DNA of 64,000 nt. It comes from an uncultured Acidobacteriota bacterium (GTDB taxonomy: Bacteria; Acidobacteriota; Blastocatellia; RBC074). Made by a program: the position numbers and the translations under genes. Each line of letters opens with the position of its first letter. The first letter of the stretch is position 1. Shown in pieces: positions 10,354-18,859 of this stretch. Under the pieces are notes generated by a model, which was given only the letters and a program-made list of their open reading frames with translations, searched no databases and was not told where the DNA came from. Location of the stretch: positions 2,208,001-2,272,000 of the forward strand of contig CAWCKY010000006.1 of the NCBI GenBank assembly GCA_963796275.1. The letters run 5' to 3'.

Positions 10354-10752
10354 ATGTCACAAGAAAATATCACCGTGATAAACAGAATTTACGAAGCTTT
10401 CGGCAGTCGCGATTTCGACGCCGTCCTCGAACATTTTGGTCCGAAGATAGAATGGGTCGCTGCGGTCAATTCTCCGTTGGCGGATCGCAGCCCGTATCGC
10501 GGATTGCAGGAGGTTCGCGAAGGCGTATTTATGCGGATTGCCGAAGGTTTCGAGCGGCTCACTGTCAAAATAGACGAGCTATTCGAGGCGGGCGATAGAG
10601 TCGTCGCCTTGGGGTTCTACGACGGCGTTTACCGAGCGAATGGGAAGCAGTTTCAGGCGCAGGTGGCCCACATTTGGACGCTCGCGAATGGCAAAGCCGT
10701 AAAATTTCAGCAATATGTCGATACGTTTCAATTGGCCGAATCTTTCAAGTAG
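10354..10752 (+). CDS. NTF2/SnoaL-like protein
   Basis: YEAF..RDFD, GDRVVALG.Y, HIWTL.NGK..KFQQYVDT. Confidence 0.85.
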   Translation: MSQENITVINRIYEAFGSRDFDAVLEHFGPKIEWVAAVNSPLADRSPYRGLQEVREGVFMRIAEGFERLTVKIDELFEAGDRVVALGFYDGVYRANGKQFQAQVAHIWTLANGKAVKFQQYVDTFQLAESFK

Positions 10753-10877
10753 CTTCCCCTGGATATAGTTGGCCAGTGCTGTCTGGAAAATGCAGCGAAA
10801 AATAAGATAATCTTTTATTATTCGTGGCGGCCGGGTCTGCATAAAGGCCCAAATCCAGAAAGGGGAAGAAAAATGAG

Positions 10878-11348
10878 ATGCGTGAGCTATCGAGCATAAT
10901 TGCCAGCGGTTTTATCAATACCTATCGCGATTGCGGAGAGAAGGTTCGCACCCTCTCGGAGAAACTCTCGGAACAAGAATTTTGGACGAAGCCCTATCCA
11001 TACGGAAATAGCTTCGGGCACCTGACCCTCCATATCATCGGGAACCTGAATTACTTCATCGGCGCGCAGATCGCCCGGACGGGATATGTGCGGGATCGGG
11101 ATCGGGAATTCACCGAGGCGGACCCTCCAACGAAAGCGGAAGTTTTGCAACGACTTGATGATGCGGTGGAGTTGGTGGTCAATACGCTTCAAGCGCAGTC
11201 AACAGATGACTGGGGAGCTGAATATAGTGCAAAAGGTTGGGATGCTTTGAATGATCGGTTCACGACCTTCCTGCGATGTGCGGCTCATTTTCAACATCAT
11301 ATCGGACAGATGATATATCTCACTAATGAACACAAGAATGAGGATTGA
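10878..11348 (+). CDS. DinB-family protein
   Basis: NSFGHLTLHIIGNL, RDRDREF, HFQHHIGQ metal-binding histidines. Confidence 0.85.
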   Translation: MRELSSIIASGFINTYRDCGEKVRTLSEKLSEQEFWTKPYPYGNSFGHLTLHIIGNLNYFIGAQIARTGYVRDRDREFTEADPPTKAEVLQRLDDAVELVVNTLQAQSTDDWGAEYSAKGWDALNDRFTTFLRCAAHFQHHIGQMIYLTNEHKNED

Positions 11349-11395
11349 ATCACGGTGTAGCAATTAAGTAAGCGAAATCGCCCGTCGCGAGTTCG

Positions 11396-11468
11396 CGTTT
11401 GGAGTTCCGCGTTTACGCGGTCTTCTTCTTTCGATTGATTTCTGACCGCCTGAAGACAGAACCTCCGA
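11396..11468. repeat. REP-like element (TTTGGAGTTCCGCGTTTACGCGG...CCGCCTGAAG), degenerate copy
   Basis: Shares about 30 identical bp with the element at 22363-22435 and lies between convergent genes. Confidence 0.75.
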
Positions 11469-11529
11469 ATAAGTTCCGAGTTGCTGCCATTTTCCGCAGC
11501 GAATGGTTGGTAGAAGAAATTTAGCCAGC

Positions 11530-11895
11530 TCATATCCAGACGTTGTCTTCTGCTGTCATATCACCGCCCGCGTCCCCCGTGTTGATCGTACCAATGGGTT
11601 CAACGATCAGTATCTTGCATTCACTCTCAGCCGCGGGTTTGTGCTCGATGCCCTTGGGGACGACAAACATCTCACCCGCTTTGAGGTCGACTCTTCCATC
11701 ACGCAACTCAATTGTCATCTCACCTTCAATCACTATAAAGACCTCGTCCGTCTTGGCGTGATTGTGCCAGACAAACTCGCCCTGTATTTTGACCAATTTG
11801 TACTGGTAGTCATTCATCTGCGCGATCACCTTAGGCGCCCAGTGATCCGAAAATTTAGCCAGCTTTTCGTGCAAACGAATTGCTTCGTATTTCAT
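11530..11895 (-). CDS. Cupin-domain protein
   Basis: [26 protein letters not shown]. Confidence 0.9.
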   Translation of the reverse strand: MKYEAIRLHEKLAKFSDHWAPKVIAQMNDYQYKLVKIQGEFVWHNHAKTDEVFIVIEGEMTIELRDGRVDLKAGEMFVVPKGIEHKPAAESECKILIVEPIGTINTGDAGGDMTAEDNVWI

Positions 11896-11935
11896 AAATT
11901 CCTTTCAGCCTAATGGATGATTACAACCGGATCGA

Positions 11936-11960
11936 ATATATATAATATATATATATATAT
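11936..11960. repeat. (TA)n microsatellite
   Basis: ATATATATAATATATATATATATAT in an otherwise GC-rich genome. Confidence 0.85.
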
Positions 11961-12079
11961 CACAACGGATGCTCGACCAGGGGGAACGCGAAGAACACGA
12001 GGTAAACCACAACCCGTCAAATTCTCCGCGCCTCCCCATGAAAGCGTCAGACAATACGGATAGCCGCCGTCGAATGCGG

Positions 12080-13300
12080 TTATGTATCCAGATCGCCGGC
12101 TGGTCCGAAGAACTCATAGTGGATCTGGGCCGGCTCCACCTTCCAGGCTTTGAGGGTCCGATAAATTGATTGCATAAATGGACGAGGGCCACAGAAATAA
12201 TAGTCACAATCCAGATGCGGCAATATACTCTCCAACCACTCGGCCGTGATCAAGCCGGTCCGATCGCAATGCTTCCCGCTCAGATCTTCGGCATCCGGTT
12301 CGCTATAACAAATATAGACGTGAACATTGGGATGGGAGGCTGCCAGTTTTTTTATCTGATCGTGCATCGCATGAGTGCGCCGATTGAGAGCGCCGTGAAT
12401 AAACCAGGTTTCCAGTTTCGGATATTGCTGACAGATTGTCTTCAACATACTGACCATCGGAGTCAGACCAACACCGCCGCTGAGAAGTACCACCGGGCGT
12501 CGGGTTTCGGGATCGAGAACGAAATTGCCCATCGGTGCGCGCAATTGAAGTTCCATGCCCGGCTGATAATGGTCGTGCAGATAACATGAGACCAATCCGT
12601 CAGGCATTTCAGCACCGCCGGCCGGCCGCCGCTCCCTCTTGATGCTGATTCGGTAATATTGCTCATTCGGGCTATCGGACAGACTGTAATTGCGCGTCAC
12701 AACGTCGCCACCGGGAAAGTCGATTTTGACTGTAATATATTGGCCGGGTTTATGAGCCGCGATCTTTCCCCCATCCTTGGGTTTCAGATAGAACGAGGTG
12801 ATGACTTCGCTCTCTTTCACCTTTTTGTCCAGCACGAATGTGCGGTAATCGGCCCAACCGCCATTCTGATCTTCCGCTTGTTGATAGAGCTTGCGCTCCG
12901 CCTGCACCAGGATGTCTGCCAGAAATTCATATGCTTCTTTCCAGGCAGCAACCTGCGCTTCATCAATCTGCAAAACATCTCTGAGAGCCTGGATCAGGTG
13001 GGCGCCCACAATCCCGTAATGCTCTGGCTTCACACCCAGCGAGGCATGTTTATTGGCGATCAGCTCTACTGCACCCGTCAAAGCTCCCAAGTTATCGATA
13101 TTCGCAGCATATGCCTGTATCGAGCGCGCCAAAGCGAGCTGCTGGCTCTGGCGCGTCTGATTCGCTCGATTGAATAGAGGCAGTACCTCCGGATTTTTGG
13201 CGAACAGCAGATCGTACATCCGAAGGGTCACATCCAGCGCTCGATCTGCAAGCACCGGCGCTGACGCCTTCACTATCTCGACTGTTTTTTGAGTCAACAT
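12080..13300 (-). CDS. hmp: Flavohemoglobin (NO dioxygenase)
   Basis: Globin domain (ALARSIQAYA.NID, IANKHASLGV..EHY), RNYSLS FAD motif, GGVGLTP, YFCGP, YEFFGP. GAGGAG RBS precedes MLTQKT. Confidence 0.95.
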   Translation of the reverse strand: MLTQKTVEIVKASAPVLADRALDVTLRMYDLLFAKNPEVLPLFNRANQTRQSQQLALARSIQAYAANIDNLGALTGAVELIANKHASLGVKPEHYGIVGAHLIQALRDVLQIDEAQVAAWKEAYEFLADILVQAERKLYQQAEDQNGGWADYRTFVLDKKVKESEVITSFYLKPKDGGKIAAHKPGQYITVKIDFPGGDVVTRNYSLSDSPNEQYYRISIKRERRPAGGAEMPDGLVSCYLHDHYQPGMELQLRAPMGNFVLDPETRRPVVLLSGGVGLTPMVSMLKTICQQYPKLETWFIHGALNRRTHAMHDQIKKLAASHPNVHVYICYSEPDAEDLSGKHCDRTGLITAEWLESILPHLDCDYYFCGPRPFMQSIYRTLKAWKVEPAQIHYEFFGPAGDLDT

Positions 13301-13345
13301 TTTGACGCTCCTCAATTGATGTTTGATTGCACACATTTAATATAT

Positions 13346-13395
13346 AATGTGCATTTTATATACATATTTGAAAATATGTATACAGAATGCATATT
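13346..13395. promoter_or_regulatory. Two tandem NsrR-type operators
   Basis: AATGTGCATTTTATATACATATT (13346-13368) and AATATGTATACAGAATGCATATT (13373-13395) match ATGyAT-N5-ATrCAT and lie between the divergent hmp and nsrR genes. Confidence 0.8.
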
Positions 13396-13423
13396 CAGAT
13401 TGTCAATTGATAAATGGGACATT

Positions 13424-13843
13424 ATGCAACTCACGCTATTCTCCGACTATTCGCTACGGACGCTCATGTACCTGGCCACGCATGAGGGGCGATTATGTAC
13501 CGCGCGGGAGATTTCCGAGCGATATGGTATTTCCCAAAATCATGTGGTGAAGATCATACATAACTTATCCAGGCTGGGTTATATCAGGAGCGTCAAAGGG
13601 AAAGGCGGGGGCATTGGGCTCTTGAAAAAACCCGGAGAGATCAATCTTCGCAGTTTGATTATCGCGCTCGAAACCAATCTCACGCTGGTAGAATGTTTCG
13701 ATAATGAAGGAAACACCTGTAGGATCGTGGCTGAATGCAAATTAAAGAAGGTTTTGCGGGATGCTCTGAAAGCATTTCTTGATACGCTGGGAGAATATAC
13801 GCTCGCCGATCTGGTCATCAAACCGAAGTTGTTCTACGGATGA
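13424..13843 (+). CDS. nsrR: Rrf2-family NO-sensing repressor NsrR
   Basis: MQLTLFSDYSLRTLMYL, GKGGGI, three Cys (ECF..C....C), divergent from hmp. Confidence 0.9.
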   Translation: MQLTLFSDYSLRTLMYLATHEGRLCTAREISERYGISQNHVVKIIHNLSRLGYIRSVKGKGGGIGLLKKPGEINLRSLIIALETNLTLVECFDNEGNTCRIVAECKLKKVLRDALKAFLDTLGEYTLADLVIKPKLFYG

Positions 13844-13944
13844 AATAGTTGCGCTATTTTTCAAGGGCAATCAGGCGGTACTTCGAACTTTTCTGTAGTC
13901 GAGCGATGCCCGGAAACCACGGCAATCGTTTGGGGGTGACCGAG

Positions 13945-15039
13945 ATGGCGACGGCGGTACTTATAATTGCCAGCATTGCACTGATCCTGATTGTGTTGTG
14001 GGATGCATTTGAGTCGGTCGTCTTACCACGGCGAGTGACCCGGCGCTTCCGCCTGACCAATGTCTTCTATCGTTCCACCTGGCGACTCTATGCCGCGATC
14101 GCACGGCGCCTGAATTCAAGCGAAAGGCGTGAAACCTACCTGGGATTCTATGGACCACTTTCACTGATCTTCTTAATCGTCTTCTGGGTGATCAGCCTGG
14201 TTATCGGCTTCGCCGTGCTGCAATGGGCCGTCGGCTCTCCGCTCAGAGAGCCGAAAGGGATGACCTCTTTTTCCACCTACTTATATCTCAGTAGCACTAC
14301 TTTCTTTACATTCGATTATGGAGATGTGCTGCCGCTGCGAAATGTCGGAAGATTGCTGGCGGTCCTGGAGGCAGGCATTGGCTACGGGTTTCTGGCGATT
14401 ATCATCGCATATCTCCCGGTAGTCTATCAGGCGTTTTCACGACGTGAGGTCAATATCTCGCTCCTCGACGCGCGCGCGGGCTCGCCGCCCAGCGTATGCG
14501 AATTATTGCGCCGTCATAGTCATGACGGAGGGATGGCAAATCTCGATCGGCTGCTCCACGATTGGGAGCGGTGGACGGCGGAGTTACTGGAGAGTCATCT
14601 CTCCTACCCGCTTTTATGTTATTACCGCTCGCAACACGACAACCAATCATGGCTCTCGTCTTTGACGGCGATCCTCGATACCTGTGCCCTGGTCATGGTC
14701 GGTCTGAAGGGCGGTCCAGTAAGGCAATCTCGGTTAACCTTCGCCATAGCTCGACACACGATCGTCGACCTGGCGCAGACATTCAAGACGATGCCGCGGG
14801 AACCAGTTCCCGATCGATTGCCGGCGGCTGAGTTGGAGCGGCTGCTCTCCTGCTTGAAAACGTTCGGCATCTCATTTGATGATACAGAGGAGGTAAGAGA
14901 GAGGCTGATTGAGTTACGCGATCAGTACGAGCCCTATCTCGATGCTCTGGCTCAGAATTTCTTGATAACGCTTCCACCCTGGGTTGCAGAGACTGAAAAC
15001 GAAGATAACTGGGAGAGATCGGTAAAAGATTTATCTTGA
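13945..15039 (+). CDS. Potassium-channel-family (Ion_trans_2-like) membrane protein
   Basis: TM helices flank the pore segment LYLSSTTFFTFDYGDVLP. Long cytoplasmic domain (FSRREV.ISLLDARAGSPP). Confidence 0.75.
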   Translation: MATAVLIIASIALILIVLWDAFESVVLPRRVTRRFRLTNVFYRSTWRLYAAIARRLNSSERRETYLGFYGPLSLIFLIVFWVISLVIGFAVLQWAVGSPLREPKGMTSFSTYLYLSSTTFFTFDYGDVLPLRNVGRLLAVLEAGIGYGFLAIIIAYLPVVYQAFSRREVNISLLDARAGSPPSVCELLRRHSHDGGMANLDRLLHDWERWTAELLESHLSYPLLCYYRSQHDNQSWLSSLTAILDTCALVMVGLKGGPVRQSRLTFAIARHTIVDLAQTFKTMPREPVPDRLPAAELERLLSCLKTFGISFDDTEEVRERLIELRDQYEPYLDALAQNFLITLPPWVAETENEDNWERSVKDLS

Positions 15040-15114
15040 TTGTTCATTCATTTTTCGCCAAACGGATAAAGATCTAAACGACGATCAGCGCTGTTGAGAT
15101 CTGTGGGGAATACT

Positions 15115-15720
15115 ATGAAATATGACTTTCTGGTCGAAAATTACGAGACTGAGCGAATTAAAATTGTCAGCGTATGGAGCGAATTCAGAGACGATGATCT
15201 TATTGTTCGCCCCCGTGATGATGATCCGAGAGGACGTAGCGTCCGCGAGCAGATGGTACATCAGTGTGTGAGTGAGGATATCTGGTTTCGCACCATGCTC
15301 GGCATCGACGTGAACGCCCCTCCCTTGCCCGTGCCGGAGACCCGCCTGGATTTCATCAAAAGGTATGCGGAGGACAGCGGGAAACGACTTGATGCGCTTC
15401 GTCGAACGAATGATCTATGGTGGGAAGAAGAGACGGATTTCTTTGATGTTCGCCGCTCGCGCGCGTGGGTAATGACTCGGCGCCTTACCCATACATCTCA
15501 TCATCGCGGGCAACAGATGGCGATGCTTCGTATGTTGGGTCGTGATCTGCACAGTAATTACGGGCCTACCGCAGATACCGGTGGTTTGATGCAGAATAAA
15601 GCCCCGACGATTTACGCCTACTCCGGCCTGAACTCGCTCCTCGAAGGTGAAGCCAGTGGAGGGGCCAAAGCCGATCTGCCCGGGTCAGGAGGAAAGTCTG
15701 TCACCGAACGACCTGATTGA
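15115..15720 (+). CDS. DinB-family protein
   Basis: EQMVHQC.SE..WF, THTSHHRGQ, YGPTADTGG. Confidence 0.85.
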   Translation: MKYDFLVENYETERIKIVSVWSEFRDDDLIVRPRDDDPRGRSVREQMVHQCVSEDIWFRTMLGIDVNAPPLPVPETRLDFIKRYAEDSGKRLDALRRTNDLWWEEETDFFDVRRSRAWVMTRRLTHTSHHRGQQMAMLRMLGRDLHSNYGPTADTGGLMQNKAPTIYAYSGLNSLLEGEASGGAKADLPGSGGKSVTERPD

Positions 15721-15938
15721 GCAGGGGCAGGAGCGAGATATTCGTGCCATGCGAATACTTAGAATTTTAAACGCCGATCGGCATTTTCTTTCTGCCGGTG
15801 GCATCATTTAAGAGTCGGTGAGTTCAAGTTGGTGCCGAATTGTTGTAGCTTATTAGGGCATCGCGTGTGAAGAAGAAATCTCACACCGATCGTCGATCTC
15901 ATCAAGATTTGAACAATGAAACTGTTTATGGAGGTTTA

Positions 15939-16400
15939 ATGCGCACTCTGCTTACAATCTTGTGTTCTATCGTTCTTGTCGCGACTCTGTTGGCGCAAGA
16001 CAATACCGGCCGCGCTGATGAGGCGGCTATCCGCGATGTCGTGAGTAAATATGTCGATGCGCGCGAGAAGATCGACCCGAAGGCAGTCGAGCAACTGTTC
16101 ACAAGCGACGCCGACCAACTGGTGTCGTCAGGCGAATGGCGAAGAGGGCGCGAAGCCGTCGTGCGGGGCACGATGGCGAGTTCGAGCAGCACGGGAGGGA
16201 AGCGCACGATTACCGTGGAGTCAGTCCGGTTGGTGACGCCCGATGTTGCGATCGCCGATGGGCGTTATCAACTGACTGGCCTTGCTGGAGATGCCACCCG
16301 GAATATGTGGACGACGCTGGTGCTGAAAAAGACCGAGAAAGGCTGGCGCATCTCGGCAATTCGGAACATGTTGCCCGCTGCGCCGGCGCCGGGTCGGTGA
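15939..16400 (+). CDS. Secreted SgcJ/EcaC-like (DUF4440) NTF2-fold protein
   Basis: Signal peptide [42 protein letters not shown]. Confidence 0.75.
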   Translation: MRTLLTILCSIVLVATLLAQDNTGRADEAAIRDVVSKYVDAREKIDPKAVEQLFTSDADQLVSSGEWRRGREAVVRGTMASSSSTGGKRTITVESVRLVTPDVAIADGRYQLTGLAGDATRNMWTTLVLKKTEKGWRISAIRNMLPAAPAPGR

Positions 16401-16768
16401 GCGAATTGCGCAATTACCCACTGGTAATCCCTAGTTAATTTGTTAGAATCGCCCTGACTCTGGTATTTCATACTTTATCAACAAGATAAGAAAAAGTGGT
16501 TTCGCAGGAATATTGCTCTGCTTCCAACCTTTGGAATCCGATCTGCCAAAGCCGAACAAGAGCCTATATACGGGCTTCTTATTTAGATACACAGCTCATA
16601 TTTGTTTCTCACCACGATTAGCCTTGTATAATCTCATTTGCTGATGGGAAGCCCGAGATGATCGAATGGATTCGGCCATTATTTAGCCATTGGTCTGTAA
16701 TCAAAATTCAATCTGCGATCTCAAGCCAAATATGTCGGGAAAGGAATCAGGAGCGGAGGATATACAGA

Positions 16769-18772
16769 ATGAAGGTGAGCGATCTGCTAGAAGGCGAACT
16801 ACGGGGAGATGACCTCACCGGGCGAACGCGCATGCCGGAAAGTATTATCGAAGAACTAAGTATCTCGGATGAAAACGGGGTGATTTACATTACCCATCCG
16901 GATAAAGGCGAAAAGTTCGATCGAATGGGCAATGAGTTCGTCAGCGAGCAATTCAGTAAGAGTTTGCGCCCGCCTGAAGAAATGGGACGGATCGGCAAGG
17001 AATTTAGCGAACAATTGCGGATAACGGGATATTGGGAGAGGGAATGCATTGACAAGGAGAAAGATGGCGCCGTAATTGCAAGGTCCGCTCGACTCATCGG
17101 GCTTGAGTATGCTGGTAAAAAGTATTGGGTCCGCGTTCGAGGAGACATTACCGAACGTAAGAAGGACGAAATAGCACAGGCATACCTCGCAGCAATGGTG
17201 GAGTCATCTAACGATGCGATTATCGGTAAAACACTGCAAGGGATCATCACGAGCTGGAATATGGGCGCCGAAAAACTCTTCGGCTACACAGCATCGGAGA
17301 TGTTGGGACAGCCAATTACCGGTTTGATCCGACCTGATGGACGGGAGGAATCGGCCAATCAACTTGAGAGACTGGGACGAGGTGAACGGATTGAGAACTT
17401 TGAGACAGTGAGATTGAGGAAGGATGGAACGCCGGTCGATGTCTATATTACAGTATCACCGATCAATGATAGAAGTGGGCGAATTATCGGAGCGTCCGAA
17501 GTTGCGCGCGAGATCGGCGAGCGCAGGCTGGCCCAGGCGGAACGAGAAGAATTACTGATGAAGGAAGAAGCGGCTCGTGCCGAGGCACAGGCGGAAAATA
17601 ATGCCAAGGACGAAATCATCTCGCTGATCTCGCACGAATTGCGTTCGCCGCTCAATTCGATTCTCGGTTATAACCGCATGCTGCGCTCAAATCCGCATGA
17701 TGCGGAGCAGGTCAGCCAGACTTGCGACGTCATCGAGCGCGGTGCTCGCACGCAACTTCGCCTTCTTGAAGACCTGCTCGATACCTCGCGCATCATCAGC
17801 GGCAAACTGCGGCTCGACCCGCGCCCGACCGATCTCGTTCCGGTGCTCGCCGATGTTCTGGAGCTGATGCGTCCCATGGCAGAGGCGAAAGCCATCGTAC
17901 TGCGCGCGCGATATGACCTGAAACCGGAAATGGTCAATGGTGATCCGGTTCGGCTGCAGCAGGTGGTTGGTAATTTAATTGCAAATGCGATTAAGTTCAC
18001 GCCTGAGGGTGGACGCGTCGGGTTGTGCTTGGAACGCAGCGACGAAGAGATTCGTATCGTCGTCAACGATACGGGCGCAGGCATCGATCCGGAATTTCTT
18101 CCCCGCATCTTCGACCGTTTCAGCCAGGCCGATAGATCCATTTCGCGCTCGCACGGCGGTCTCGGTCTTGGCCTCGCGCTGGTGAAACATCTGGTCGAAA
18201 TGCACGGGGGCGGGGTCGAGGCTGCGAGCGAAGGTGTGGGGCTCGGTTCGACCTTCACTATTAAACTTCCGCCGTCCGTGCCGACCCTTTACTACAGTTT
18301 GGAATTGCCGGCTCTGCGGACTGAAGGCACGATCCCGTTACCTGAAATGGCGACAATTGAAGGCGTAAGCGTGCTGGCAGTAGATGATCAATCGGAGGCG
18401 CGCGAAGCGCTCGCCAGTTTTCTGAGCAACTGCGGCGCAATCGTGACGGCAGTCTCATCCGGCAGCGAGGCTTTGGCGATCCTGGCCGACCCACCGGGGG
18501 GCGATCGCCCTGATGTGCTCATTTGTGACATCGCCATGCCGGGTGAAGACGGCTACGCGGTGATGAAACGCATTCGGATGCTGGAAACAGCGCGCGGACT
18601 CAGAACCCCGCAGCGGATTCCTGCGATAGCTCTCACGGCGATGGCGAGTAGAGAGGACTGGGTGCGTGCGCTCAGCGCAGGATTCAATATGCACGTCGCC
18701 AAGCCAGTTGAACCCGCCGAACTGGTGATGATGATCGCCAGCCTCAAGGGAGAGCAGATCAAGAGAGCATAA
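16769..18772 (+). CDS. Cytoplasmic hybrid histidine kinase (degenerate PAS - PAS - HisKA - HATPase - REC)
   Basis: ESSNDAIIG PAS, SHELRSPL H-box, NAIKFT, DTGAGI, GGLGLGL, CDIAMP receiver. Start uncertain (16658 or 16769). Confidence 0.9.
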   Translation: MKVSDLLEGELRGDDLTGRTRMPESIIEELSISDENGVIYITHPDKGEKFDRMGNEFVSEQFSKSLRPPEEMGRIGKEFSEQLRITGYWERECIDKEKDGAVIARSARLIGLEYAGKKYWVRVRGDITERKKDEIAQAYLAAMVESSNDAIIGKTLQGIITSWNMGAEKLFGYTASEMLGQPITGLIRPDGREESANQLERLGRGERIENFETVRLRKDGTPVDVYITVSPINDRSGRIIGASEVAREIGERRLAQAEREELLMKEEAARAEAQAENNAKDEIISLISHELRSPLNSILGYNRMLRSNPHDAEQVSQTCDVIERGARTQLRLLEDLLDTSRIISGKLRLDPRPTDLVPVLADVLELMRPMAEAKAIVLRARYDLKPEMVNGDPVRLQQVVGNLIANAIKFTPEGGRVGLCLERSDEEIRIVVNDTGAGIDPEFLPRIFDRFSQADRSISRSHGGLGLGLALVKHLVEMHGGGVEAASEGVGLGSTFTIKLPPSVPTLYYSLELPALRTEGTIPLPEMATIEGVSVLAVDDQSEAREALASFLSNCGAIVTAVSSGSEALAILADPPGGDRPDVLICDIAMPGEDGYAVMKRIRMLETARGLRTPQRIPAIALTAMASREDWVRALSAGFNMHVAKPVEPAELVMMIASLKGEQIKRA

Positions 18773-18859
18773 TTCAACCTAAAGTGATGGATCACCGCAA
18801 GAATGCGGTAAGAAAAGAAATTTATCTCAGATATTCCGTTGAAAACAGCGATAAGCTAT

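Noticed and set aside
13289-13423. N-terminal extensions of NsrR and Hmp in the ORF track
   Set aside because: They span the operator/promoter region. Family-consistent starts are 13424 and 13300.
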